Source: a bacterium (GTDB lineage Bacteria > Patescibacteriota > Dojkabacteria > JAKAPS01 > JAJZLI01). Taken from it: a DNA stretch of 64,000 bases. The notes under the pieces were generated by a model. That model saw nothing but the letters and a program-made list of their open reading frames with translations, searched no databases and had not been told where the DNA came from. Shown piece after piece: positions 32,523 to 42,611 of the stretch. A program made the translations under genes and the position numbers. Every line of letters begins with the position of its first letter. Position 1 is the stretch's first letter. The DNA lies in assembly GCA_027459825.1 (NCBI GenBank), contig DAIDGT010000003.1, forward strand, positions 1,277 to 65,276, given 5' to 3'.

Positions 32523-34037
32523 TTAGCAAGAACTGCTGGTTGTTGAAAGCACATATACTTTAACACTATTATCATCAGATGTTGAAACCTCTGATACATA
32601 ACTACCTGTTAAAGTAGCTGTTACTGTAGTTTGTGCTGAAGGAGCAAGTGTTGATGATCCTGCAGTTGCTTGAAGCATTGAAACAACACTATTGTCTGAT
32701 CCAAAAAATAACACTGTTGGGTTACAGACATTTACAGTACTACTGGAATTATTAGTAATTGTTGCAGTAACAGTGATTTCAGTACTACTGCTTGTTACAT
32801 TAACATTACTTACACTAATAGGGTTGGTTGGTGTATTAGTAGTTGCAGTTCCACTAACTGTAAATGTAAGTGTAGGAGAGTCTGTACCTGTGTATGAAAA
32901 TATAAATGGAGTAGTCTCATCAGGTTTTAAAGTTGTTAAGTAAGGAGTTACTGTTTTTGTTCCAAATGCACCAGTTACTGTAAATGATATATTTGTCATT
33001 GCAGAATCAGAATGATTTTGAATTTCTCCTTCAACTGTACCTGTACTTGTTGTACTGTTGTATGGCAACTGTACATATCCTTTTACAGATAATGAGCTTT
33101 CACTTTCTGTCCCGTAGTCTGATCCTTGAAAGCTTGCATTACCAAAAGTGTAAACACCACCATCTGAAGTTAGATCGTAGTATCCATTTCCATTTGGAGT
33201 TACTGCTATATCAGTTACTGTTTTGTCAGGTGCATTATCGTTATATACTGATCCGTAGAATTTAGCATTACCAAAAGTGTAAACACCACCATCTGTTGTT
33301 TGTACATAATAACCATTATCATCTGGTGTTTGTGTTATATCTAATGCATTTTTAACAGGAGCATTAGGTATATTATATACAGACCCCATAAATTTAGCAT
33401 TTCCAAAAGTATATATTCCTCCATCTTCTGTCTCTATATAGTAACCGCCATTACTGTTAGTTACACTTATATCTACTGGAACCTTATTTGGAGCTTGTGT
33501 CATGTTATACATTGATCCTTGAAATTTTGCATCTCCAAAAGTGTAAACCCCACCATCTGTTGTAAGTACATAATAACCATTATCATCTGGTGTTAATTTA
33601 AGAGATACTGCATTTTTAACAGGAGCATTAGATATATTGTATACAGATCCCATAAACTTAGCATTCCCAAATGTATAAACTCCTCCATCTTCTGTTAATA
33701 TGTAATATCCAAGATCATTTTGTGTAACAACCATACCTACTACATTGTCATTTGGTATATTTGATATCTGTGTTAGATCTCCATAAAATACAGCATTCCC
33801 AAATGTTAATACTTTCCCTGTGTTAGTAATGATGTAGTATCCTGTAGGTACACCGGAAGAAGTTGTAGTTGGTAAAGGAACTATTTTTCTATCCTTACTC
33901 ACAGCATATACTTGAGATGCATCAGGTGCGTCTGCAAAGACCTTTGGTGAACTAATAACGAAAAATATAGATAATACTAAAATTAATACAGGTAAAAAAT
34001 AGAAAGTGTTTGTTAATTTAATTTTTATTTCATTCAT
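32523..34037 (-). CDS. Secreted protein with six GYY...DGGVYTFG.A.F.GS repeats and two FxLYD-like Ig domains
   Basis: Signal peptide, 44-aa repeats, S/T-rich beta C-terminus. Confidence 0.8.
   Translation of the reverse strand: MNEIKIKLTNTFYFLPVLILVLSIFFVISSPKVFADAPDASQVYAVSKDRKIVPLPTTTSSGVPTGYYIITNTGKVLTFGNAVFYGDLTQISNIPNDNVVGMVVTQNDLGYYILTEDGGVYTFGNAKFMGSVYNISNAPVKNAVSLKLTPDDNGYYVLTTDGGVYTFGDAKFQGSMYNMTQAPNKVPVDISVTNSNGGYYIETEDGGIYTFGNAKFMGSVYNIPNAPVKNALDITQTPDDNGYYVQTTDGGVYTFGNAKFYGSVYNDNAPDKTVTDIAVTPNGNGYYDLTSDGGVYTFGNASFQGSDYGTESESSLSVKGYVQLPYNSTTSTGTVEGEIQNHSDSAMTNISFTVTGAFGTKTVTPYLTTLKPDETTPFIFSYTGTDSPTLTFTVSGTATTNTPTNPISVSNVNVTSSSTEITVTATITNNSSSTVNVCNPTVLFFGSDNSVVSMLQATAGSSTLAPSAQTTVTATLTGSYVSEVSTSDDNSVKVYVLSTTSSSC
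33120..33843 (-). repeat. Six coding repeats of about 132 bp
   Basis: acataataaccattatcatctggtgtt recurs at 33304 and 33568 (264 bp, two units). Confidence 0.85.
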
Positions 34038-34082
34038 ATTATCCAATATATTGGTTTTGAAAATATTTGTCAACTAACTTTT

Positions 34083-34331
34083 TTATTCTGCTACTTTGTT
34101 ATATATCCAAAATATAATATATATACAAATATATGCATCAATAAATCCATAAATCAATCCTATTAAACTTCCTATTATAGAGATTGAATATCCTGGGTAT
34201 ATACTAGATACTACTTCTAGGAAAGATTTTCCATAACCGAAAAATACAGATGCAAGTGTTGTTATAAATATTAGTGCTGACCAAGTAATTCCTGCTGTTA
34301 AAGCTATCTTTTTGACTATGTCTTGTTTCAT
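34083..34331 (-). CDS. Small membrane protein
   Basis: SIYPGYS.S..GS.IG.IYGF.D motif; two TMs. Confidence 0.7.
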   Translation of the reverse strand: MKQDIVKKIALTAGITWSALIFITTLASVFFGYGKSFLEVVSSIYPGYSISIIGSLIGLIYGFIDAYICIYIIFWIYNKVAE

Positions 34332-34412
34332 TATAATAAACACCCCCTCAGCTTGTTACTAGTATGATGCTTACAAAAAGTTATGTCAAACTTATATACA
34401 ATATCTTATTAT

Positions 34413-34694
34413 TTATGATTTTTTCTCGGATTCTAACCTGGCAAGGATTTTTGATAATTGTAGCGTTATTACAACTGCAAGTATTGTAACTATGAGTGCA
34501 TATATAAGTAGAGATATGGCTCCGCTACCTTTTGGCAACCATTTTTTTATATATGAATTTATAACATCTTCAATAAGATTGTTCCATGCTAGTGCTGCAA
34601 CAAAACCAAAACCCGAAGTTATTAAAGTTAGAGTTTGCTTTACTGTTGCTATTGCAAGTTCATTATTTTTTTTCTTTTCTTCTATTTTTTTCAT
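34413..34694 (-). CDS. DUF5654-like membrane protein
   Basis: LITSGFGFVAALAWN...YALIVT. Confidence 0.85.
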   Translation of the reverse strand: MKKIEEKKKNNELAIATVKQTLTLITSGFGFVAALAWNNLIEDVINSYIKKWLPKGSGAISLLIYALIVTILAVVITLQLSKILARLESEKKS

Positions 34695-34802
34695 ATGAGA
34701 ATACTTGTATTATTATATAATGATTTTTTTACAAATATAAGAGAGATTTTATAAATATGGTAGTTCCTTTTTATAAAATTTCTTGTGTACTATAATTTTT
34801 AT

Positions 34803-35801
34803 ATGCAAGTTTATTCTTTATCTGACAAGATTTATAAAATAATAACCTTATTACTTGGTATATTTTGGGTTATTGATGGGATCCTTCAGTTTCAGCCTAA
34901 AATGTTTACACAACTGTTTCCTTTGAAGGTACTATACCCTTTAATATCTGCTCAACCAATCTTCCTTAGGTTATTAATCCATACAGGTATAAATATATTT
35001 TCTAGTCACCTTATTATATTTAATGTACTTGCAGCTTCTCTTCAGCTTTTAGTTGGACTTATATTGATAATTCCTGATCTAAAAGATTTTAGAATCACTG
35101 CATTGTATATTTCTATCATATGGGCTCTTATAGTTTGGGTTTTTGGGCAAGGTTTAGGGATGATATTTACAGGTTCTGCCAGTTTCTACACAGGGGCTCC
35201 TGGCTCAGCTATACTTTATATTATTATTGCTATATTTCTTCTTTTTCCGAAATCTATACCAGAGTATTATATGCCTCAAGTCGCTGGACTTATTTTATTT
35301 ATTGGAGGAATACTAAATGAAACTCATATGTTTTGGACTAAAGCAGGGCAGAGTATGTTGTTGAATTTGTATTTGGGAAATAACTTTGTACTTCTTAATG
35401 TTATAGAGATTGGTATTCTTTTCACTTTCGGGATATTGCTCATTATAAAGCCTACAAAGATTTTGGGTTGGGTAATGGTATTCTTTTTGTTACTTATATG
35501 GTGTACTTCTCAGGGTTTTGGCGGGGTTATAAATTTTCCAAATGGTTTGGCTACCGATTTGTCTTCTGCTCCTCTTTTTATGCTTTTTATAGTTCCTTTA
35601 CTTTATAACAATAAATCTTATTTACTCCCTACAATTTTTGATGAAAAAAAATCTGTAGGAATTATAAATCGTGTGGTATTAAATAAGTGGTTTTTTGCCA
35701 TTATACTTATTTGTATTGGAGTTTTTATGGGCTTTATTTTTAATATAAGTGTGAATTCAACTTCTAAAAACACCGTAGGAGTATCAAATATGTCAATGTA
35801 A
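34803..35801 (+). CDS. Polytopic membrane protein
   Basis: WVIDGILQFQPKMF, VWVFGQGLG, TGAPGSA, ATD.SSAP; many TMs. Confidence 0.75.
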   Translation: MQVYSLSDKIYKIITLLLGIFWVIDGILQFQPKMFTQLFPLKVLYPLISAQPIFLRLLIHTGINIFSSHLIIFNVLAASLQLLVGLILIIPDLKDFRITALYISIIWALIVWVFGQGLGMIFTGSASFYTGAPGSAILYIIIAIFLLFPKSIPEYYMPQVAGLILFIGGILNETHMFWTKAGQSMLLNLYLGNNFVLLNVIEIGILFTFGILLIIKPTKILGWVMVFFLLLIWCTSQGFGGVINFPNGLATDLSSAPLFMLFIVPLLYNNKSYLLPTIFDEKKSVGIINRVVLNKWFFAIILICIGVFMGFIFNISVNSTSKNTVGVSNMSM

Positions 35802-35826
35802 TATTATGAATTTCTCTTTAGTAAAA

Positions 35827-36177
35827 TTACTTTTTTGTATTGATAAAATTTAATAGTGCTACTGCATTGTTATGTTTTGTATCTTTTGCAGCATATAGTA
35901 TTGTGACCTTTTTATTATTTTTTTCAACTGCAATAACTTTGTCTATAAGTTCTTTTTTTTCTGATAATTCACTTTTATATCTTACTTGGAATTCCTCCCA
36001 CCTTTTAAGGTCATGAGAGAACCATTCCCTTAAATACTTACTTGGGGCAATATCTCTTATCCATAAATCTATGTTTGCTTCAGTTTTAGATATTCCTCTT
36101 GGCCAGAGTCCATCAATTAAAATTCTGTAACCGTCTTCTTTGCTGTATTTGTCATAAATTCTTTTTAGTACATACAT
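35827..36177 (-). CDS. DUF488 family protein (YeaO-like)
   Basis: KRIY...DGYRIL.D.LWPRG, APS..LREWF.H, HNNA. Confidence 0.9.
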   Translation of the reverse strand: MYVLKRIYDKYSKEDGYRILIDGLWPRGISKTEANIDLWIRDIAPSKYLREWFSHDLKRWEEFQVRYKSELSEKKELIDKVIAVEKNNKKVTILYAAKDTKHNNAVALLNFINTKK

Positions 36178-36187
36178 AACATGTCAA

Positions 36188-36595
36188 TCATAACTCACTT
36201 TTAAACTCTTTAATATCATCTTCAAGGATAGCTTCTTCCTTGTCTATTCCTATAATGTCTTTATCATTTTTGATAGCAAAGTATTTTATAGTTTTTTTCA
36301 GTTCTTTGGCAATTTTTATTTCTGCAAGAACCCCATTGCTTATACCACCAAAAATCCATAATTCATCTGATCTTGCAAGTAATGTATTATTTGCACCCCT
36401 TACTAGGTCTCTGTCTACAAGATCTGCTACAAAATAATCAAAAGACATAAACGGATTTATAGGCACATAACCTTTCTCAAGTACAAATTGACATATAAAC
36501 ATTCTGAAATAAAATAATTTTTTAGATAGTGCAGTAAATACAATTTTTTTATTACTTTCTAATGATAGTGATTTGTGGTCAAATTTATTTGTCAT
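36188..36595 (-). CDS. Nucleoside-deoxyribosyltransferase-fold protein
   Basis: PINPF...SDELWIFG.IS.GV.AEI..A pattern. Confidence 0.6.
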   Translation of the reverse strand: MTNKFDHKSLSLESNKKIVFTALSKKLFYFRMFICQFVLEKGYVPINPFMSFDYFVADLVDRDLVRGANNTLLARSDELWIFGGISNGVLAEIKIAKELKKTIKYFAIKNDKDIIGIDKEEAILEDDIKEFKSEL

Positions 36596-36597
36596 GT

Positions 36598-37812
36598 TTA
36601 CTGCGTTTTTATATTCTTTATTATTTCTGAGATTGTAGGCCTTTGACCATACATTAGAAGATATATTCTTAGTAATTTTGCACTAAGTAGAATTCCTATA
36701 ATAATTGAAAGTATCAAAACACCTATACTTGTAGCAATTTGCCATAAAGGTACTGCAGATACTCCAAATCTTAACATGACAAGGACTGGAGAGGAAAATG
36801 GAAATATTGTAAATATTTTCCATATAATACTGTTTGGAAATAACAGTAGTAATGAGTAGAACCAATATGGTGCAATTGCAAAAATTCCAAATATTGCAGA
36901 GGCTCCCTGTGCCTCTCTTACTGTAGATGTTATGGCTGCAATAGAAGCTGATAATACAGCAAACAGCAGATATCCTAATATAAAATATATTATCCCAAAG
37001 ACCCAAAAGTGTGCAGGAATTGTAATTGTACTAAAAATTCCTCCAAATTGAGATGATGCCATATGCAAAAGTATTGGTATTATTGCTACCCACACAACTA
37101 CCTGGATTAATCCTGAAAGGCCTATTCCAAGCACTTTTCCCGTGATAAGCTGGTTTGGAGTGACTGAGGAGAGCAGTACTTCCATAAGTCTATTTTCCTT
37201 TTCCTCTCCAAGTCCTTGCAGAACATATGTTGATGAGAATATAAGTGCAAGAGCCATTAGAATACTGAATATGCTTGGCACTATTATGTTTTGTATATTA
37301 TATTGTGTTTGAGATACCGCACCTGTTGATGTTAGTGTTGTTGATGATATATTAGGAGGGGTTTCTACTCTTTCTATTATAATTGGAGGCACTTTTCCTA
37401 TAAGTAAATTTACTGATAGAAACTTTGTTATTTCCTCTTGCGATGTTGATGATACTCTAGTTCCTACATTGATTGCAAAACTTTCAATTTTTCCTGTAGT
37501 AATATAATTTTGAGGAATAACTATATACTCTTCTATATCTCCATTCACAAGAGATTTTGTGGCTTCACTTACTGTCTTGTAAGGAATAAATGTTACACTA
37601 CCTTCTTTTGTAAATTTACTGAATTCTCCAATTTGATCTACATACCCTATTTTTGTAATAGATGTAGCTTGTTGTGTAGATTTTGATGTGGAGTGAATTA
37701 TTCTCATACCTACCAATGCAATAATTGGAAGGGCAAGAGTTAATATTATAAATCCTGGTCTTCTTATGGTGGATATCAGTTCATGTTTAAATATTAGTAA
37801 AGATTTATTCAT
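36598..37812 (-). CDS. ABC-2 (NatB-like) permease
   Basis: EEKENRLMEVLLSSV, LITGKVLG. Confidence 0.9.
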   Translation of the reverse strand: MNKSLLIFKHELISTIRRPGFIILTLALPIIALVGMRIIHSTSKSTQQATSITKIGYVDQIGEFSKFTKEGSVTFIPYKTVSEATKSLVNGDIEEYIVIPQNYITTGKIESFAINVGTRVSSTSQEEITKFLSVNLLIGKVPPIIIERVETPPNISSTTLTSTGAVSQTQYNIQNIIVPSIFSILMALALIFSSTYVLQGLGEEKENRLMEVLLSSVTPNQLITGKVLGIGLSGLIQVVVWVAIIPILLHMASSQFGGIFSTITIPAHFWVFGIIYFILGYLLFAVLSASIAAITSTVREAQGASAIFGIFAIAPYWFYSLLLLFPNSIIWKIFTIFPFSSPVLVMLRFGVSAVPLWQIATSIGVLILSIIIGILLSAKLLRIYLLMYGQRPTISEIIKNIKTQ

Positions 37813-38702
37813 GGCTTTTTCTTAGCTACTTTTAAAAATATCTCATTTAATGTAGGTTCTGCTATTTCGAAACTATTTATGGTTATTTTTTTATCTATTA
37901 AAGTTTTGAGTATTTGCTCTGGAACGATATTCTGTTCTAAAAATAGTTGAGCATACCCATCCTTCTCTTTTACCTCTTTTATACCAGGAACTTGTCCTAG
38001 ATCTCCTTTATATGTAAGAATAATGGAGTTGTCTCTATACTTTGTTTTAATATCCTTTAAATTTCCGTATAATACAGATTCTCCTCCATCGATCATGAGT
38101 ATTCTGTCACAAAGTTCTTCTACTTGGCTCATTTGGTGAATACTAAGTATTACTGTTTTTCCTTGATTTTTTAAATCTATTATTAGGTTTTTTAGAAGCT
38201 CTGTATTTACGGGATCAAGTCCAGAGAAAGGTTCGTCTAGTATTATAAGGTTTGGGTCATTGATAATTGTTATAACGAATTGAATTAGTTGTCCCATACC
38301 CTTACTTAGTTCTTGTATCTTCTTATTTCTTGTATCTGGCATCCCGATTTTTTTTAGTAACTCGGTTCCTCTTTTTTCTGCCATGGTATTATCTATGCCT
38401 TTTAGAGATGCTAGATAAATCATAGATTCCATAACTGTTAATCTTTTGTATAGTCCTCTTTCTTCTGGTAAATATCCTAATTTATTTTTAGTTTTTTCGC
38501 TAATCTTTTCTCCGAAAATTTTAATCTCGCCGGAGTCAGGTTTGATTATATCCATAATCATCCTTATTGTTGTTGTCTTTCCAGCACCATTTGGTCCAAT
38601 AAGTCCAAATATTTCATTCTTGTTAACGGAAAAGGATAGGTCTGATACTGCTAGTTTTGTAAAGTAACTTTTATTTATACTATTTACTTCAATTTCTCCC
38701 AT
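37809..38702 (-). CDS. ABC transporter ATP-binding protein
   Basis: GPNGAGKTT, GYLPEERGLY, LSKG, LDEPFSGLDP. Confidence 0.95.
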   Translation of the reverse strand: MGEIEVNSINKSYFTKLAVSDLSFSVNKNEIFGLIGPNGAGKTTTIRMIMDIIKPDSGEIKIFGEKISEKTKNKLGYLPEERGLYKRLTVMESMIYLASLKGIDNTMAEKRGTELLKKIGMPDTRNKKIQELSKGMGQLIQFVITIINDPNLIILDEPFSGLDPVNTELLKNLIIDLKNQGKTVILSIHQMSQVEELCDRILMIDGGESVLYGNLKDIKTKYRDNSIILTYKGDLGQVPGIKEVKEKDGYAQLFLEQNIVPEQILKTLIDKKITINSFEIAEPTLNEIFLKVAKKKP

Positions 38703-38919
38703 TATTAATATAATTTTAACAAAAATGTAGATGGAATAATATCTTATTTATTGATCTATGGTGTAGGTAGTGTTGTAATAAAATTCTTTAAATTACATAT
38801 TCTGTCTTTTATATATTAAATATTAAAACATTGATTTTCGAATTGACATATTCTTGTACTTCTTAGTTGGTGTAATATGGGTTGGAGGTATTATTTATAC
38901 CTGTTATAATAATACTATA

Positions 38920-39231
38920 ATGGTAAAACAGAATGTTTCTGGAGGTACAGTACATACTATTCCTGATGATTTATATAAGGCTTTAGTTTCAGACTCAAAG
39001 GCTCTTGGAATATGGGAGAGTCTTACACCTCTTGCGCGTAATGAATGGATATGTTGGACAACCTTTGTTAAGAAGGTTGAGACAAGAAAGGATCATGTTG
39101 CAAGAGTGGTTTCTGAACTTAAAGATGGAATGCGTAGACCTTGTTGCTGGATTGGGTGTGTTCATAGAAAAGATAAGCCTATAAGTCGTTCTGTACAATA
39201 TATACTGAATAAAAAAGGTATAACGAAATAA
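38920..39231 (+). CDS. YdeI/OmpD-associated family protein
   Basis: P.DL..AL...W..LTPLARNEWICW, RRPCCW.GC.HR. Confidence 0.85.
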   Translation: MVKQNVSGGTVHTIPDDLYKALVSDSKALGIWESLTPLARNEWICWTTFVKKVETRKDHVARVVSELKDGMRRPCCWIGCVHRKDKPISRSVQYILNKKGITK

Positions 39232-39266
39232 TTAGGTTAATGTATTAAATATATTCTATAATAATA

Positions 39267-39548
39267 TTATTTTAATTTATTCAAAATGTAGTGCTTCAAT
39301 TGGGTCAAGTTTAGTGCTCTTCTTGCCGGGTAGAGACCCGCTATCATTCCAACAAGAGTTGTTCCTATGATAATACTTAGTATAAGCCAGAGAGGCATAG
39401 CAAGTATATTCCTGCTTCCTATTGGTCCTGTAATGGCAAGGAATTCTTCTTGCTGCACTTTTAAATCCACATTATCCAGTGCATTAAGAATTTCATCACC
39501 CAGTTTGTATGTTTTAGTAATTCCAGAAAGATTAATGACATTAGTCAT
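39267..39548 (-). pseudogene. Internally deleted LolD/MacB-type ABC locus (ATPase N-terminus fused to permease C-terminus)
   Basis: KTYKLGDE...ALDNVDL...FLAITGP.GS joined to GMIAGLYPARRA; shifted frame gives KLDPIEALHFE*. Confidence 0.8.
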
Positions 39549-39563
39549 ATTTAAGATATTTCA

Positions 39564-39592
39564 ATACTAAACATTCTTGTAATTCCTGTCAA
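39564..39592 (-). promoter_or_regulatory. Promoter TTGACA-17-TAGTAT
   Basis: Exact spacing upstream of the ABC remnant. Confidence 0.6.
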
Positions 39593-39680
39593 TCATTATG
39601 GTTGTAGAGTTCTAATATCATATTGATCTAGACTTATTTTATAAAAAACTTTTATTCTTAATTATGGTAGGATTGATATT

Positions 39681-40286
39681 ATGAATAAATTATTTTTTGA
39701 CATAGAAACTGTTCCTGCTGAAGAAGAAAAACACTCTATTTTGAAATCAATTCATCAGAGAAAAATTGATAATGGAAAAAAAGTTCCAGAGTTAGAAGAA
39801 TTTTTGAATCAAACTACTTTCGATGGTGCATTTGGTAGAATTATTTGTATCTCATATGCAATCAATTATGGAAGTCCTGTTTCCCTTTCTGGTTCTGAAG
39901 AGGATATTTTAAAAAAGTTTTGGGACATAGCGAAATCTGTTAGTTTATTTGTTGGATTTAATGTTATAGATTTTGATTTGAGATTTATATACCAGAGGTC
40001 TGTTGTTTTAAAAGTTAAACCTACAAGATATTTGAATTTTGCAAGATATCGTAGTGATCCTATATATGATGTAATGAAAGAGTGGAGTAAATGGAATATG
40101 TCAGAGAATATAAGTTTAGATTCCCTTTCTCTTGCTCTGGATATTCCTTCTCCTAAAAATGGAGAAGTGGAGGGTAAGAATGTAGCTCAAGCTTTCAAAG
40201 ACGGTAGGATTAATGATATCTGTGAGTATTGTGAGAAGGATGTAGAGGTTACCAGAGAGATATATAAAAGAATGAATTTTATATAA
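39681..40286 (+). CDS. DEDD 3'-5' exonuclease (PolB-exonuclease-like)
   Basis: FFDIET, GFN...FD, YCEKDV. Confidence 0.88.
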   Translation: MNKLFFDIETVPAEEEKHSILKSIHQRKIDNGKKVPELEEFLNQTTFDGAFGRIICISYAINYGSPVSLSGSEEDILKKFWDIAKSVSLFVGFNVIDFDLRFIYQRSVVLKVKPTRYLNFARYRSDPIYDVMKEWSKWNMSENISLDSLSLALDIPSPKNGEVEGKNVAQAFKDGRINDICEYCEKDVEVTREIYKRMNFI

Positions 40287-40420
40287 TTTTTTCAATTAAA
40301 TAATATATGTTTATTTCTGTGTTCCAGGTAACTTTGTATATTTAGTATCGTAGGAATTCAGTAAGGTTGCATATTAATGATATCTACGGCTTTTTGTCTT
40401 GAACTCTTAATTTTTGATGC

Positions 40421-42535
40421 CTAAATCTTTGATGGCCACCAAAGCTGTTTTGCTATGTCAAATGATATAGCAGGCACTAATAGGGATCTGACTATAATTG
40501 TATCTAGAAGAACCCCAAATGAAACAATAAAAGCAATTTGAGCTAAGAATAATATAGGTATTATTGCTAAGGCTCCAAACGTTGCCGCAAGTACTATTCC
40601 TGCACTTGTGATTACTCCACCAGTTAGGCTCAGACCCCTTAGAGTTCCTGGGCGTGTACCTAGCTTCTTTGATTCTTCTCTTACTCTTGTCATAAGGAAT
40701 ATGTTGTAATCAATGCCCAAGGCAACAAGGAATATAAAACCAAAAAGCGGTACGGATGCATCTGCTCCAGGAAAATGGAAGATATGATTAAATACTATGG
40801 CTGAAACCCCTAGTGAAGCGGCAAAACTCAAAACTACACTTATCACTAATAGTATTGGTGCAACTATGGAGCGAAGAAGAATCATTAAGATAAATAATAT
40901 AACTAATAAAACAATTGGTATTATCTTATGTAAGTCAGTTTTAGCTGTGTTGTTGGTATCAAGGTTGATTGCTGTTGCCCCACCAACTAGTGTTTGATTG
41001 TTGATACTTTTGAGTTGTGAGCGCAGTTTTGTAACCACATTCTCTGCAGACTGAGAGTCTGGATTGTATGCTAACGTTGCGTTAATTAGTACTTTACCAT
41101 CGATAACTTCAGGCTTACTCTTATCTTGTAAGCTGTTGAAATAACTTGTTGATATAATACCGGAAGTCTGCCCTACTATTTTTATAACACGTGAAGAATT
41201 TTTAACAGGCGTAATAATTTCTACGGGAGTACCAGATCCTGCTGGAAAATATTCTGCCTCTACGGACTGACCAGCTACTGCATTTGATTTTCCAAGTATT
41301 GTTGCCGATTCAGTGACTCCGTTGGCTTTTAGTTGTATTAGTCCGTAACTACAAACTAGTAAGACAATAGTTAGTATAATCCAAATTTTACGATAGTTGA
41401 TAGAAACAAAAAGAGGAATTTTGTGCCATATGCCTGACCTATCTTCTAGTCCATTTTTGAGCTGATTATATTTAATTTCAGAGTTTAATGAGAGTAATTT
41501 AGGTTTAAATGGCCAAAAAGCATTACGGCCGAATAGTACTAAGAAAGCTGGCATAAGGCTAACTGTCGATAGAAAAGCAAATGCTATTCCTAGGGCAGCT
41601 ATTGGACCTAAGCTACGATTAGAGTTTAAGTTTGAAAAGAGTAAACACAGTAAAGATAAAATAACTGTAGCTGCAGATGCTGCAATAGGCTCAATGGAGC
41701 GTCTAAGTGCTTCACTGATGGCTTGCCACTTTTCTTTAGTATGTTCTAAGGCTTCTTTAAACCTTGAAACTAATAACAAAGAATAATCCGTAGCAGCTCC
41801 AATTACTAAAATTGATAAAATACCCTGGCTTTGACCATTGAGTTTAATAACATTTTGATGAGCAAGAATGTAGACAAATAAAATAGCTCCACATAGTGCT
41901 AGCATAGCATTTATTAACACTAAAAATGGTAGAAATATAGACCGATACACTATAATTAGGATGATAAAGACTGCAAGTAGTGCTACAATTAGCAATATCC
42001 CATCTATTCCACCAAATGCTGTTATAAGATCAGCAGATAAACCAGCAGGACCAGTGACATATGCAGTTGCACCTTGTGGAATCTCTGTACCCAGTTTTGT
42101 ACGCATAGCGTTAACAACGTTGTTAATTTTTGCATTAGAATTGATCTGGACTATGTATTCAACCGCTAATCGATCTTTTGATGGTATAGGACCAATAATT
42201 GATTCTGGTACTCTAGCTACTCCATTAATTGCAGAAAGACTGCTAGATATATTAAGGAATTTTGTCATCCTGTTTAATTGATTTGATGATGCTAGTTTTA
42301 TAATTACAATAGCAGGGATTGTGTTACTTGAATAAAACTTATTTTGCAAATTTGCTACTTTAGTTGATTCAGCACTTGCAGGTAAAAAATTTGCTTGATT
42401 ATTGCTTGAAACATTAGATAGTTTACCAAACGTTGGTCCACCGATACTCCCTATTACTAGCCAAACTAAAACCAATAATAGTGGAATAAGGATTCTAAAC
42501 CACCCTTTTCTTGTTAATACAGAAATGTTAGACAT
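40421..42535 (-). CDS. MMPL/RND-family transporter
   Basis: YVTGPAG, GAATDYSLLL, ALGIDYNIFL..RVREE, TGGVITSAG. Confidence 0.93.
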   Translation of the reverse strand: MSNISVLTRKGWFRILIPLLLVLVWLVIGSIGGPTFGKLSNVSSNNQANFLPASAESTKVANLQNKFYSSNTIPAIVIIKLASSNQLNRMTKFLNISSSLSAINGVARVPESIIGPIPSKDRLAVEYIVQINSNAKINNVVNAMRTKLGTEIPQGATAYVTGPAGLSADLITAFGGIDGILLIVALLAVFIILIIVYRSIFLPFLVLINAMLALCGAILFVYILAHQNVIKLNGQSQGILSILVIGAATDYSLLLVSRFKEALEHTKEKWQAISEALRRSIEPIAASAATVILSLLCLLFSNLNSNRSLGPIAALGIAFAFLSTVSLMPAFLVLFGRNAFWPFKPKLLSLNSEIKYNQLKNGLEDRSGIWHKIPLFVSINYRKIWIILTIVLLVCSYGLIQLKANGVTESATILGKSNAVAGQSVEAEYFPAGSGTPVEIITPVKNSSRVIKIVGQTSGIISTSYFNSLQDKSKPEVIDGKVLINATLAYNPDSQSAENVVTKLRSQLKSINNQTLVGGATAINLDTNNTAKTDLHKIIPIVLLVILFILMILLRSIVAPILLVISVVLSFAASLGVSAIVFNHIFHFPGADASVPLFGFIFLVALGIDYNIFLMTRVREESKKLGTRPGTLRGLSLTGGVITSAGIVLAATFGALAIIPILFLAQIAFIVSFGVLLDTIIVRSLLVPAISFDIAKQLWWPSKI

Positions 42536-42547
42536 AGGATGTAAAAA

Positions 42548-42576
42548 TTTATAACATGTTGTTATATTTTAGTCAA
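42548..42576 (-). promoter_or_regulatory. Promoter TTGACT-17-TATAAA for the MMPL gene
   Basis: Exact spacing, 12 nt before ATG. Confidence 0.55.
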
Positions 42577-42611
42577 TGTTTTAGGTATTTTAGTACTACA
42601 GAAATCTCTAA

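Noticed and set aside
33120..33843. 132-bp repeats as a non-coding repeat array
   Set aside because: Fully explained by protein repeats in the minus-strand ORF
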